Below, piece after piece: positions 26,312-41,136 of a stretch of DNA of 64,000 nt. The notes under the pieces were generated by a model, which was not told the DNA's origin, ran no database searches, and saw only the letters and a program-made list of their open reading frames with translations. Position 1 is the first letter of the stretch. Every line of letters begins with the position of its first letter. Position numbers and translations under genes: made by a program. This DNA comes from Eledone cirrhosa (lineage: Eukaryota): assembly GCA_964016885.1 (NCBI GenBank), contig OZ024746.1, positions 9,858,001 through 9,922,000 on the forward strand. The letters run 5' to 3'.

Positions 26312-28574
26312 TTGTATTTTAAAGAGCTCAGGATTCCTTCTCCTTTGAGCACATTATTGACAGGGAATAGTGAGAGTCTATGGCTCCCTTAATTTATCAT
26401 GATATATATATATGTACATATTATTTATTATTTATCATTAACATTAATATAAAAAATAATAATTATATTTTTTTAGAGAAGGGTCTCAAATTTCATATAA
26501 AGTCTGGCTCTGGTTCTCCCTACCCAACAATACTCATCCATCTTATGCTTTGTGTAACTATGGAACTATACATAGGAAGTTCCTCTCTAATGTACAGGTT
26601 AAAGTAATGTTTCTTTTTATGGAGGACCAGTAGTTTCCCATGGAAGCAAGTCTCCTCTTTCCACACTGTTGGATGATGTTTTCCAAAACAAAAGACAAGA
26701 GTTGATAGAGCTTCTCACAATATTATTGCAAGTGTTGTTAGCAGAACACAAATAGCAGGAACAGATACTGCCATTACTGACAAAATCTGTGGCATGTTCT
26801 CAGAGAAAAATAACTTTTTCTATTTGAAAATTATTTTTCTTCAATACTGAGGCTACCATATAGTATATGCTTTCACATACTTAAACACTGTCTTAGTGCT
26901 ACTGCCAATATATATATCATCATCATCATCCTTTTATGTCCACTTTTCCTGCTTGGTGGTGATAATGATGAATTATATTTATATATACACACCACCTCTC
27001 ACACACACACATACTATCCTTTTCCAGTATGACCAACATTTTACATGAATGATACAACAGCTTTAATGTTATAGCTAAATTGTCACAAGATATATCATGG
27101 AAAGTGATGCACTTCACAGAAATGTGTCATTGTATTAAAAATAGTGAGACAAACTGAGAGCATGGCAGCTGAAAATAGTAAGACTGCCATATGATGCATT
27201 GTAAAAGCATAAATAATTGGAATACTACTTCAGTTTCATGCTCAAAACAGCATCTAAATGTTGCATTCTCCACAATGATTGAAAATTCTTTTTAGAACAA
27301 GATAATGTTTCTTTTTAACTTATCTTTTTTTTGTTCATTATTATTTGCTTTCATGAAGTGGATGCTTCTGGTAATTTGGATATTTGCAAGAATTATTGGG
27401 ACATATTTTTATAGACAGATACACATTTTAATGCCAATCACTGAACAATAGAGTAAGAATTATATCTAATTTTCAGTAAAATTTATAAGGAGCCTTGCAA
27501 TATAAAGCAGAAGAGGTGACAATAGAGGCAGCAATTATGATGTCAATGTCAATGTTCTGCTCAAAGAAGAGGTGAGGGTGGGGGAAACAATTTTTAGTAA
27601 CAAGAAAGCAATTAAAAGATAGTTTGTTTATTCTATTTTTCTATAATAGAAAGTTTTCTATTATATTTTCTATTATATCATTATATAACTTTTCTTCAAT
27701 TTAAATATACACTAGAACAAATATGGACTTGTTGCTTTTACTTATTCTTTTTAAATCATTATTTTATAAATTCTTACATTTTCGTTTTTTTTTAATCAAA
27801 ACTCTGCATGATATTACCACATTATTAACAAGATTCCATCTTATTTATAATGGTTCCATATTATTTATAATAGTTCCATCTTTAAAGAAACTAATTGTGC
27901 TATTTTATCTTTAACAGTAAATCTAAAATTCTTCACCATCTATACAACTAGTGATGGGTTTATCCATTCTATTGTCCTGCAGCATGAAATTGAAAAGGAC
28001 TTCAATCATAAAATAGTTATTTTTTGACAATTAGTATTTCCCTTAACTTATCTATCCAGATTTATCCCATTGGCTCAGTTGAGTTATTTCCCTTTAGCTC
28101 ATTTTATTTTTATTTTATTTAATAACTAGTATAATTACTACTATAAATAGTCTTTTTTTATAGTTTTAATTTTAGACATTGCTACATCCCATTCCTCAGT
28201 AAGCAAAATATCACAACTGTATCTCTTTTTTACATACAAAGCTAGTTTGTGTACTAGTTAACCAAATTTAAATACAGAGTAGACACATTGTTAGACTGGA
28301 TAGCTTGCTTAAAATTATTTAACTCTCTTCTCTGCCTTCCCTCCATCACACACAACAATATAATTGATAACAGTAATATAGTAAATTTAGTCAAAGCCTG
28401 GTTGTATCTGAGTGGATATTTAGGAGTTACTTTACATCTTAAAGCTCTGATTTACTAAACTTTATTAGATAAGTGAAGTCTAAATTACTTAATGTAGTGA
28501 CCAAAGAAATGTCTAATCAATTGAAATTATAACCTTAATGAAAAGAAAATTCATAAAAGTTAATAACTCTTATT

Positions 28575-28695
28575 ATTTAGCATTTAAACTGGCTGTATCC
28601 AACCAGAATTCTCTCACCTCTTTCTGTTCATAACTGGCTGCTCATACCAACATTAATGTATTGTTCTCAAAATAAATGATATCAAAATCTCATAG

Positions 28696-28697
<2 letters not shown>
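28575..28697 (-). mobile_element. partial MITE family A copy in antisense orientation
   Basis: tttagcatttaaactggc...aattctctcacctctttctgttc...aaaatctcatagat is the reverse complement of the family 3' half. Confidence 0.75.
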
Positions 28698-28789
<92 letters not shown>

Positions 28790-29872
28790 ATATGTTAAAT
28801 ATCATTAAGTTTAGGATAATAGATCAAGAATTGTGCTAATAAAAAGCATAATCCCTTTTGCCAAAAGTAATATGTAGTTTAACTACCTGTATTAGCTTCA
28901 TAAACAACACACTCAAGAGCTAACTATACAAACACATTCGTGTGAAGAAATTACCACATCCTATTCTGTAATACATTTAGGGATCGAAACACAAAAAGAT
29001 TACCAAATAACTACCAAGTAAGATGGCCCATTTTAAACACAACACATTTCTTCAAAAATATGCCCAAAATGCTATATCTACATATTCAGCTCCTTTTCAT
29101 GTTCTGAAATCACTTAAGATCTTCAAAAACATTTGCAAGTTTTTAATTATTCATATGCTTGGTTTGTTTATTAAGGTCAGCTATGATAAAATGGATTAAA
29201 AGTGGTTATATTCTTCCCAGAAAATGTTCCTTACACCATATTATCACATGCATGCTTACTTTTTTCTAAGATAGTAAGGTGTTATTTGGAGATTTAGCTA
29301 CTATTTCAAACAGATCAATCAATCAACTACTTACAGGTTTGTGTACCTGATTTTAATTTCTAATGGATTTATTTTCTTCTAGATATGTTTTCCTATAGTT
29401 TTATTTTCCTATGATTGATACCTACACATTATTATGGCTTATACTCCTATTACTTATTTTCATTTCTATAAATTTCTACCTGTTTTCTGAAGCCTGCTGC
29501 ATCTATAATTATGTCCATGCCATTTTATGTGATATAGAGACATTGTAGCTTCTGTTTATAGCATATTCTATCTTTTCAAATCATTTTTGTCTCATGTGTG
29601 TGTATTTTAATAGCTTTGGGGTTTTTTTATCTCGGCTTATAAAATTCATTGATTCTTTGCAGTTCATGTGTATCATCCATTTATTTTCAAGGATCTCTCA
29701 CCCTTCCTGTGATTTATAGTGAATTTTGCCCTGTCTTATCTAAATCATTTCAGTTTTTTCATTAGGTGTATGTTTGGTTCTATTTAGAATGTTTTTCTGT
29801 TGTCCCAATTCAGTAAATTTAGAAAAATGTCTGAATATTTCTTTGCTTATCAATTTCACAGAATTTATAATG

Positions 29873-29907
<35 letters not shown>

Positions 29908-30214
29908 AGGCCTTGGGCACGCTGCTGATTGCTTTCGATGTCCTGTTTTAAGCACCAAAACATCTATGATCTGCAGTTAACAGCTGATGAAGGGGTTCTT
30001 CTCTTGTTTCGTCCATATTACCATCTTAAACTTTGTTTACAGTAACTACATAGCCAGATTCGTTTCTTGTAATTTTATATATATATATATATATAATGGT
30101 GTACTCATGCAGTGAGATGCTATAAAATAGCTTATAAAGTAGGCTGAAGACCCTTAAAGATGGAAAAAGAAGTTGCCATCAACTGCTATGAGGAATCTCC
30201 CAGAAACCGGCTAG

Positions 30215-30247
<33 letters not shown>

Positions 30248-32556
30248 CATATATATATATATGTATATGAGTGTGTGTGTGTTAGTTAAGTGTGTAACAA
30301 CAGTTACAGGCAGTGCACCATTCAAAGCACTTGATGCTGTTATGATGTCCATTTTCTTTGGGTTGTATTCCAGTGTTATGGCTGTAGTGTAAATAGATTT
30401 AAAAGAGTCAGTCATATGTATGTATGTTTGTATATATACATACACATACATTCTACAGAGAGGGTGAAGGGGATGACATGAATATTGGTTTGCCAGTCTA
30501 GGGTCTGTAATTTCAAGCCCACTTCAAAGATTCTATTGTGTCTCTAAGCAGAGCACTTTTTCTACAGCTCTCAGTTTTATAAAAATTATTTGCAATAGGT
30601 GGGCATTTTAGCTAGGATGATTTTTCTTATTGATTTTCCTTTTTACAATTTCTTTTTTTTTTACTTAAGACATTAATATCATGCATGATAATGTATAATG
30701 AAGGTATATGTCTCAAGATTTCTAATATTTCATCAGGAACATTCATAGGCCTTATTCCTATATATTTGGCTGAGGTCAATTTTAAATACATTACTTTATT
30801 CTAAAGCCATCAGCTAATTCAGGGAGTTTAAAGATGCTATAACTTATATAACCATATAATCTTAGATATGTTGATTAAAAGTAATTAGTGGTCAGGTCAG
30901 ATATTAGTGATATAATTAATTTCTTTGAAAAGACATGTTCATCTTTTGTAAGAATGAAATATAATCATTTGAATTAAAAGACGGAATACAGGAAACAGAG
31001 TTAATTCTAAGATTAGAACATAGATTCAAGGATGAAGGATCTCAATTGTATTATATTACCAATGGAATGTGTTGAACCACTAATATCAAAATGTCTTTGA
31101 TTAAGACGTCTATAATACTACCAATGAGATTTAAATTATCTGTCTGTCCTTTAGTTTATCTCATGGTACCCATAGGAATCAGCAAATGATGACAGTTTCT
31201 CTGTCTGTAATCATCATCATCATTTTACTTTTGCTTTCAAAGTTGGCATGGGCTGGATGACCCATCATGGTCTGAGACTAGATGGATCAGTAAACCATAT
31301 CATGCTTATACATTTGATTTTGTCATGGTTTCTTCGACTGGACGCTTTTCTTAACACCAACTATTTTATAGCGTGTACTTGGTACATTTTATTGTAACAG
31401 CAACTCTAGAGAAGTTGTCATATACATGGAAAGATTAAAGCAACCTCTCTACTCTGTATTGGCTGTTTGGTGGCCAGACACTTAACAGATTGTACTGTGT
31501 GAATTTTATCATGGCCCTAACACTAGAGAAGTTGTCAAGTACTCAACAGGACTAACGGGTCCTCTATGTTGCCTTGGTTTATATAGTGCATATAATAATG
31601 TATAATAATGGGTATACTATACTTTTAATTATTTAGTAATTTTTTCTAGTTTTCTCCATATTATAGTGAATTATTTCATAGTTCAAAATAAAAATAAAGT
31701 TTTAATGGAAAATATATTAGATTTTCTTTTGTATAAATTGCTGTCATTTCGTTTTCTTTCATATTTCATTTTTTCCTTTAATCTTTTGTTGTGTAATTTA
31801 ATTTATTGTCATTTCTTCACTTATGTATTTGTCTTTTAATTATTAATTTGTATATATTTATGTTCTGTATATTTATATTTTGTAAAAAAAATGTTTGTTT
31901 TTCCTAACGTGTCATAAATCATAAAGTTGAAGTAGTGATGTTATGGTATTGTTTTTTCATCTATTTATTAAAGCACAATTTCATATCTGTGTAATAGTTT
32001 TAACTTTGTTTTATATATATATATATATTTTATATATATATATATATTTTATATATATATACAGAGAGAGAGATAGAGAGAGAAATGAATATATAAATAT
32101 AGATATATAGCTGTGCGTGTGTTTGTGCATTTTGTTAGTGTAAATTTTTTTTAATCTTTTTACCACTTTGTTTTACTAACTGCTTTTATATATATATATA
32201 TATCTTTTTTTTTTGTATTTTACTGACTGATTATATGTTCTTTCAGTTTACTTCTACTATATACTACAGTCACCACATCAAATGGTTCTCCAAAACAGAT
32301 TTTACATCTTTTATATAAAATTAGTGTATATTGAATTATTTTCTATCTTGTTTTAATTAAATAATCTTACATATGAAATTATTCAATTTTTTTTTACTGT
32401 ATTTGATTTATTTTTTAATATTGTCCATCTGATAATTTTTACTTTCTTGCATTCAGCTTTTTATTGCTTTTTTTAAAGATATTTTGTCCCTTTTTAATCC
32501 TATATTTTCTTTCTTTTCCTCTTTATTTTTTGTTGCATTCATTCTGTCACTCCATT

Positions 32557-32666
<110 letters not shown>

Positions 32667-32886
32667 ATTACTTTTATCAAATACTTTCCATTTCTTCCAA
32701 CTTATATAACTCTATCTTCAGCCTGCTTGAACTCATCCCCTCTTTTCTCCATTTCACCATGAATATCTCTCTATTTTATCCCTTGTCTTCAATATCCTCA
32801 CCTTTCATCATCATTGCTGTCATCCCTCATCAATACTTTCTTTTTCCACTATTTTTCCTCTTCCTAAGCATTTTCATTTCCCTTAA

Positions 32887-33098
32887 CTCTTTATCATTTA
32901 CATTACTCTATATTTACCATTATGTTTTCATGGTAAACATAATTATCTCACATAATATCGAATCTATGAGATTTTGATATTATTTATTTTGAGAACAATA
33001 TCTTAACGTTGGTATGAGCAGCAGCTGGTTACAGTCTGTTGGAACAGAAAGCGGTGAGAGAATTCTGGCCGGTTACAGCCGGTTTAAATGCTAAACGG
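32887..33098 (+). mobile_element. MITE family A copy upstream of exon 12a
   Basis: TTAA flanks, degenerate TIRs and family internal sequence. Confidence 0.8.
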
Positions 33099-33195
33099 TT
33101 AAGCTGCTAAATTACAATGTTGTGAAATGCTATCCCTATCATTACCATCACCATCATCACAATCATCCTCAATATTGTTATCATTATTTTTATCA

Positions 33196-33390
33196 GGGCG
33201 GTGGATTGGCAGTATCAGTAGAGGGTCGGACGCCATGCTTTGACGCAAAGAGTTATGTCCCTTTACGATCTGAGTTCAAATTCCGCCGAGGTTAACTTTG
33301 CCTTTCATCCTTACGGGGTCGATAAAATAAAGTACCAGTAATGTACTGGGTAATTGCTGGCCTTGTGCCAAAAGTAGAAACAATTATTAT
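33196..33390 (+). mobile_element. full-length tRNA-derived SINE family 1
   Basis: Head gggcggtggattggcagtatc, B-box gagttcaaatt, central gcctttcatccttacggggtcgataaa domain and (ATT)n tail. Confidence 0.88.
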
Positions 33391-33435
33391 TATCACTGTC
33401 ATTTAACATGTTTCCTAATTTGTGTTCTGCTTCAG

Positions 33436-33577
33436 CATCCTCGGAATGAACTTATTTGGGTGTAAATTTTGTGGCCAGAAAAGGATAATGTCCACGCAGA
33501 CGTACTCATATACCCACCAAAACTGTAGTCGAAAGAATTTCGACTCCTTACTCTGGTCAATCCTTACTGTGTTTCAG
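33436..33577 (+). CDS. Cav3: Cav3 mutually exclusive exon 12a-type (IIS5-P turret plus descending pore helix), tri-cysteine CxxC...C
   Basis: Acceptor ttctgcttcAG, donor GTATCG. 142 nt, phase 2 to 0. (S)[47 protein letters not shown]. The CxxC...C pattern and RKNFD lysine match protostome exon 12a. Confidence 0.93.
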
Positions 33578-33685
33578 GTATCGTATTTCAACCCACTGCA
33601 TGACGGTATACGTAGTTTACATTATCCTTGCCTTACTTCACTCACAACTCAAATAACAAACCCCATGTACCACCATTAATCATCC

Positions 33686-33719
<34 letters not shown>

Positions 33720-34733
33720 GTGTATATATATATATACATACATGTATGTAATATATGTATATATTTGAAAATATTTATATGTATGTATACATATATACAT
33801 ACATACATACATACATACACAGACATATACATACATGCATACATACATACATACATGCATACATACATATATACACACATACATCATATATACACACATG
33901 CATACCTACATACATGCATGCATGCATACATACATACATACATACATACATACATACATACATACATACATACATACATACATACATACATACATACATC
34001 AAACATGCATACATTTTCTTTTTAGTTTATTTTCTGCTGCCTAGACTAACTGCTACTATTACTAATATCTTTGATAGATATTGGTATCTGTACCCTTCCT
34101 TAGTTCCTCAAAACTTATTACCTTCAGACTTCTCATTTGACTGTCTACTCACTTAACAATCAAAAACTAATTACTTACTTATCATAAAAACACACACACT
34201 CACATACATGATATTTTATATACAAAGATGTCTGACGAATCTATATTCTGAATCTATAGAGATTACACCTTTCTATCCCAGCTAACAACAAAACAAAAAC
34301 ATTAACTTAATTAACTATCAGGTGTTGATTACGAATTCTCTGCAACATCAACAACAATATATAGGTTTCTAAGTCCTTATCCTAAACATCTTAACTTTTT
34401 TCTACTTTGGCATATTTTCATGCTTATAAGTATTTAGTCAGCAATTAATTCTAATTATAATCAAACTAATTAATTTCATTCGTTCCACCTTCTTGGTGTG
34501 CAGGACCTCAGGTAGATATTGCCACATAGTCCCAGCAGACGAAATTGAGAAGGCATTATGCCAGAGGATAGCAAGGAAGATACTGAAAAAAAAACATTTT
34601 ACATTGAAAAATCATTTTAACTTATTTTTTCATGTAGCAGTGAGTTAGGAAATGGTTTTTGAGATCCAGAATGGCAGAAGTTTCTGTCACTATAGGTTCA
34701 ATGGTAATAAGGTTCACTTTGATATTTAGTTAA

Positions 34734-34949
34734 CCTTTTAGCATTTACATTAAATATACTATTATATTTTCATGGTAAAGGCTTTACCTTACATAATTAT
34801 CTCACATAATATCAAATCTATGAGATTTTGATATTATTTATTTTGAAAACAATATCTTAACATCAGCATGAGTCGCTGTTTGAAACAGGATTGAACAGGA
34901 AGAGGTTAGAAAATTCTGGCAAGATATGGCCGGTTTAAATGCTAAAGGG
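34734..34949 (+). mobile_element. MITE family A copy downstream of exon 12a
   Basis: TTAA-CCTTTTAGCATTTA ... TAAATGCTAAAGGG-TTAA. Confidence 0.85.
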
Positions 34950-35693
34950 TTAAGCAAACTGGATTGAATAGTTGATATTACTGCCCGAGGCATGTGAATG
35001 AGTTAAAAGGGATTACAAACTTAATGAAGAGACATATGTTTAATACCTTCCACCCCATGTGTGGCAATCAAAACTTAACATAGAATTGATTTAACATTTG
35101 TTTTTTAGTTTTTTCTGGTTAGTTTTTGTTGTTTTGTTGTGGGTGGGGCCTCATCATGTAGAAAATATAAATGTCAAAGAAAAAGACTGCTGTTTTCTGT
35201 AAATAAAGTTTGTAGCTACTAACACAAGTCTTAGTCATTGCATTGCTTTATTTAAAGCATACTTCATTCTTGAACTGCTTAGTTTTCTGGAACAAGTATT
35301 TTAAATGTTGTGTTCTTCTTGCTGGAAGACAAATATCCCTTTGTATGCAATTCAATAACTATGACAAGGTGTTTTTTGGCTGATACTATGATACTGATGT
35401 GCCATATATAATAAATGAAGCAACAACAACAAAACTGAAAGCTCTAACAGGAAAGGTTGTTTTTTCATAGAATATCAGCTCTCAATAAGTTGTCTGTCTG
35501 ACAGAGATCTAAGTTGGCATCTCAGACTAACATATCAGACATCTTGTACCTAACTAACAGATATGTGCACACATTTGTCTGTGTGTGTGTGTATAATGAC
35601 GTTTATATATATATATATATATATATCCAGATAACCTTCAACCATCAAGGTTGTTTTTCTGCGGGTATGTCAACATTTATAAAACAAATTTTG

Positions 35694-35759
35694 TATTTTA
35701 TCTGATGAAAGCGCACCAAAATTTGCCTTGGTTGCCCTTGAAATATATATAATAAAATA
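35694..35759 (+). ncRNA. minimal type I hammerhead ribozyme motif (Penelope-type)
   Basis: tattttat-CUGAUGA-[imperfect stem II]-GAAA-tatata-UA-ataaaata. Stem I is a perfect 8 bp and stem III is palindromic. Confidence 0.65.
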
Positions 35760-38392
35760 ATTATGGTTTTATAAATATAGTTTCCATTTATTAATATATT
35801 GAATATTTACTCCAGTAATCTGTTGAGTGCTTTATATCAGTTATAAAACTTTTAAGCTTGTTGAATCCCAACAAATTAAATATATATGTTTGTGTGTGTG
35901 TGTGTTGCTGTAGAAGCCATTTCTATATTAAACATGATATATATATATATATATATATAACACATTTTATGGTTCTTAGTGGATTAACCTTAGAGCACCA
36001 GAGAAAATGGCTGACAATATTTGTGCTGGTTCTTTACATTCTAAGTTTAAATCCACTGAGGTCAACTTACCATTTCATACTTAAGAGGTCAATTGTTTCC
36101 CTCTGCATGAGTACTGGGGTTGATATTCTCAATCTTTTCCTACCACACAAATTTTTGGTCTTGTATCTATGTTATAAATTGTTCTTTCTGTTGTTAATGG
36201 AAGTGAGAGAAAAGTAGAGATCTAGACACCCAATGCTGCAGTGTTCTGAGTTCAAATTCAGGTAGATCCTAATAATTATCAATTATTATAATATACTGAG
36301 GTTAATACAATTAATTCTGCTTGCTTTCTCCAAATATTAGGTTTTGTATAGTCAAAGGAATTTGTTCTTATTCCCTAATCAAAACAAAAATTGAGTCAAA
36401 CACTTTTTGGGAGATATTAAGTAAATTTGAAAATTACTCTATTTGAGTGATTGCAAATATTTTGAAAAACTGTCCCACTTGTTCATATGAATCCAAACAT
36501 ATGTTCAGTACAGGGATGTTAAAATATGCATTTTAGTAACCAAATCCCAAGCTTGGTTTTGATTTACATTTGTGACTTTATTGATATCTGCAGTGGCAGA
36601 AACACAAAGCATCAACTAAAATACCTTTTGGTAGTGTTTATTTAGCTCATTTTACATTCTGAGTTTAAATTCCACTGCAGTACTTTATGCATTTAATCCT
36701 TATGAGATCGATAAAATAAAATCCCAGCCATATACTGGGTTTGGTGTATTCAGCTACATATCTCATGCTAAATTTATAATATTGTGCTAATGTCCAAAAT
36801 CACTATTTATATAAAAGGAATGACCATTACTTACAAGTTCCAATGCCTTCTCCTCTAAATCTTCAATCTTGTTTCAGAATTTAAACCCACAGAATACAGT
36901 AAAAGTATATAAAGATGCCATGCTTTAAATTCAGTTTCCGCAATACCATCAGTAACAAAGTAAAAAATATTGTTTTTAATATCTTACAAAATTATGAACA
37001 CTATAGAGATAAGTTCTTAAGAATCTAATTTCTCAATTCAACAGAAATTGCTAATAGTAGCCACTCCATATAAGACCCACTCAACATCTCACACAACAAT
37101 TCCATTCACTCCTACAAACATGAGAACGTCTGCTGCTTGTCCATGTAATAAAAAAAACAATATCTTATAAAAATTTACCAGTTATTAAAGTAGCTAGAAT
37201 GCATGCTGTATTTAGAATTGAACTGTATTTATTTGATATTTATACTTATTTTTATATTACAGCATATTAACTGAGTTTGGTTTTTGTTTTGTTGTTGTTG
37301 TTTTTTTTCCCTCTTTCTCTCTCCATAATAATGTGTTTCATATCTTAAGGTGTAGAAAAATGAATTATTGTTTTGTAGTTGCAAACCCAACTTCTGATTA
37401 TATGCTACACTCAACTTTATATCTTCTTTTCACTTCTATTACTTATTTATCATAAATATTTTGCTACTAGAACATTAATATTTTTTTCTCAATTCCAATT
37501 TGTTTCAATAATACTTTTTTTCCTATTATCATAGCTGCCAATATTTTATTATACTATGAAGTTTTGATACAACAACTTACATACAAACATACAAATAAGC
37601 TATTTAAAGATTTAATAATGATTTTGAGATCACCAAGACTATAAATTGTCAGACTGAATACATCAGATATAGATTTCTCGTTTTATATTTTCTGAGATGA
37701 TTTAGCCATTGTCTATAGGTTTTTTTCACCTCTAAATCCTTCTATTACATATTTTTCCAATTTAACTAATTCTTCAAAGTTTGACATGTAAGTCACACAT
37801 AACTTGATTAACTATCAAATTTGCATTATAGGTGTATTACAGTGTGGCTTAAAAACTGACCAAGGTTTTAAAGTTTTTAAATAGTGGTATCAATCATCTT
37901 ATGTGTAATCATTAAAGGTGTAAATTATTTTCAGCTTATTGTTTTAAAAAATTACTAAATCATACCTATAACTTCAAAAAACTATTTTGTCACACTTCTT
38001 TGACATATTGCTAACTTTTACTCTCAACCTCCATTTCATTACACAAAACTTATACCTGTATATTTAGTATATAAAGATATATGTCCGTGTGAGTGTATGA
38101 GTTGCATGTGATTATGTGTGTCTGTGTGAATTTCTGTGTATATAGATGTGGGTATTTGAAATATACTTTTGATGGTTCCTTCACTGGTTATGACAATGTC
38201 ATTAAGTTGCCTGATCAAATCAATATCCTAACTCAGGTATACTTAAGATTGGTTATGACATTGAACTAACATGTGTCGTTAACATATTTCTAAGACAGAA
38301 TCAATATGACAATGCTGGATATTGGAGTTATGTACCATCCAACTGTATAATCCAGACATACCAGATGGTACTTGGTGAGACTGAACCGACAA

Positions 38393-38429
<37 letters not shown>

Positions 38430-38567
38430 CATCATCATCATCATCATCATCTTAACATCTGCTTTCCCTGCTAGCAATGGTTGGATGGGTCCACAAAAAC
38501 CAAGTCAACTGAAGGGTCCTCCCAATCCTTTTGGCAAGCTTTCCATGGTTGGATGCCCTTCATATCA

Positions 38568-38631
<64 letters not shown>

Positions 38632-38636
<5 letters not shown>

Positions 38637-38761
38637 AATGAGTAGGACCCTGACGGCTGAGCTCAAGCCGTTTCGACGGCTAATTCTGGACTAAAAAAAA
38701 AGTCCAGAATTAGCCGTCGAAACGGCTTGAGCTCAGCCGTCGGGGTCCTACTCGTTCCTAT
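38632..38761. repeat. fold-back palindrome (arms about 60 bp, A8 loop) containing a hammerhead 3' half
   Basis: gacggctaattctggact-A8-agtccagaattagccgtc followed by GAAA-cggct..agccg-UC. Confidence 0.88.
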
Positions 38762-38924
38762 TACCCACTCTACTACCCTAAGTATTGAGTACTTTGGTGT
38801 GTTATGGTCCACCTGGTTCCTTACCACATTTCCTTCGTTATATATATATAGATAGATAGATAGGTATATAAACACATATATCTATACATATATATATGAA
38901 TGTGTATATTGCATATATATATAT

Positions 38925-39093
38925 ATATTATTCAAAATATTAACAAATGAAGATATTCACATAATCAAAGTATATGCATTATTATATATATTTCGAAGGT
39001 ACTGTGTTGTTTTTTTTACCTTCGAAATATATATAATAAAGCATATACTTTCATTATGTGAATATCTTCATTTGTTAATATTTTGAATAATAT
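38925..39093. repeat. fold-back palindrome (arms about 77 bp) containing a hammerhead 3' half
   Basis: gaaggta...taccttc-GAAA-tatata-UA-ataaag. The downstream tail (gttgagtgct...) is shared with the elements near 35820 and 62305. Confidence 0.88.
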
Positions 39094-39183
39094 TAAAACT
39101 CCAGGAATATTTCACTGTTGAGTGCTTTTAATCTATTGTAAAACTGTATTCATTGAGTAATCAATGAACCATATTAATTTTTG

Positions 39184-39244
<61 letters not shown>

Positions 39245-39750
39245 TATATGCTCATCCACAAACATACACACACATCTCAAACATACACACATATATATGT
39301 AGTATAAAGTTATTTAATTTCATGAGAATAATTTCCTGACATTTCATACCAAGTCCTTCATCAGAGAAAGATAAAAGTATTGTGTGTCTTTAGTTCATAG
39401 AAGTTTGGAAATAGTGAAGAATTAACTTCAGTGAATGTGTGGCTAAGAAGTATTAAGAAGAGATAGAGAAAGGAAAAGATATTAGAAGAGATTGAGTTTG
39501 TAGAGGGAGAGGGGAAAACAAGAAGGAAAGGGGCAAGATTATTGATTAGTTCTAGGTAAGGAAGGGGAGACAGTTAGAGGTTAGCTGGTTCCTAAATAAC
39601 ATCAGTCAATAACAATACACACATTCATGTTTGAGTATATGAATAGCTTATTGCGATCTAACATACTTAATAAAGATTATTCAATCATTCAGAATTACAC
39701 TATTAGCCTGTTTATTACTGCATACACATTCACACACACACACACACACG

Positions 39751-39795
<45 letters not shown>

Positions 39796-40018
39796 GTGTA
39801 TGTGTGTGTGTGTGTGTTTGTGTAGGTGTCACAACAAAAAGCATCCAGTCCACACTCTAAAGTGGTCGTTTTGGTTCCACAATAAAAAGCACCCAGTACT
39901 CACTGTAAATGCAGTTTGCATTAGGAAGGGCATCCGCCATAGAAACCAAAACAATTCAGTCCAGTGTGAGCAGGACATCTGCTAGCATGGAAAAATGAAC
40001 ATTAAACGGTGATGATGT

Positions 40019-40060
<42 letters not shown>

Positions 40061-41068
40061 TAAACCACCAATCAAAACAACATAAACTAACCACCATATG
40101 AATGCGAAACATTACAGACATTTCTATGTTTTATATGTTCATTCTGTCATTACAACAACAGAGGTCCGACGAGGTTTTGATTCCAGAGTCAGGCCAGATC
40201 GATACAGATCGAACCTTGAGCTGATCAATAGTGAAACACATGTCACCAATCAATAAACGTAATGAAAGCTTAACAAATCCTCTTTGTATTATTATATTTA
40301 CACTCTGTCTAGCTCTACACCTCACTACAGACGTGAATCTAAACATCGAGTGCTCACCTAGGTGAACCTACAGTAACTTCATGTTACACTCCCTGGATAT
40401 ATATATAGTAGTTTGACTTTTTGTTGTTTTTTGCTTTACAAAACAGTTTCATATTGTCATCCCATGTTACAATAGCATATATAAAAGCAGATGTTTTTAA
40501 AACACCAACTCTCCAGCTTCTTCATTACAAATTTCACATTTTTATCACATTTAAAAGAGATGTTTGATTACAATCATGAAACTGTTTCATAGTGCAGAAA
40601 ATAAGTTAAAATTTTATATAAATATTCTCAACTCCTACATTTTGTGTTGATTGCTCATTCTTTTTGTTTCTACATAAACATATATAAACAAAGGAAGTTT
40701 GTGTGGAACACAGCAGGTGAAGTGTTTAGAATTGAAATAGAAATAGAAGTTTTGCAGTAATATGTTTAACTATAGTCAAAAATATTACAGCAAATCTTCT
40801 ATTTCAATTCTAGAAATATGTATACATATTGTTGTCGTGCACCTGAGCACTGTACACAATTTTTCCATTATTATGGTCAGATGCCAAATATATATATATA
40901 TATATATATATTGGAAAATGTATAAGATCCTTGGTACAGTAAGGTATATTTGAAAAAGGAAAAAAATGGCTTCACTTGTTGGTATTCTATAACAATTTAA
41001 TTTTATAATTCTACAAGTTTACAATGTTGCTATACAGACCTAACAAATCCTCTGTTAACTTTGGTGGA

Positions 41069-41136
<68 letters not shown>

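Noticed and set aside
34470-34520. Possible micro-exon (tgcAG gacctcag GTagat)
   Set aside because: No homology or phase support. Such motifs are expected by chance.
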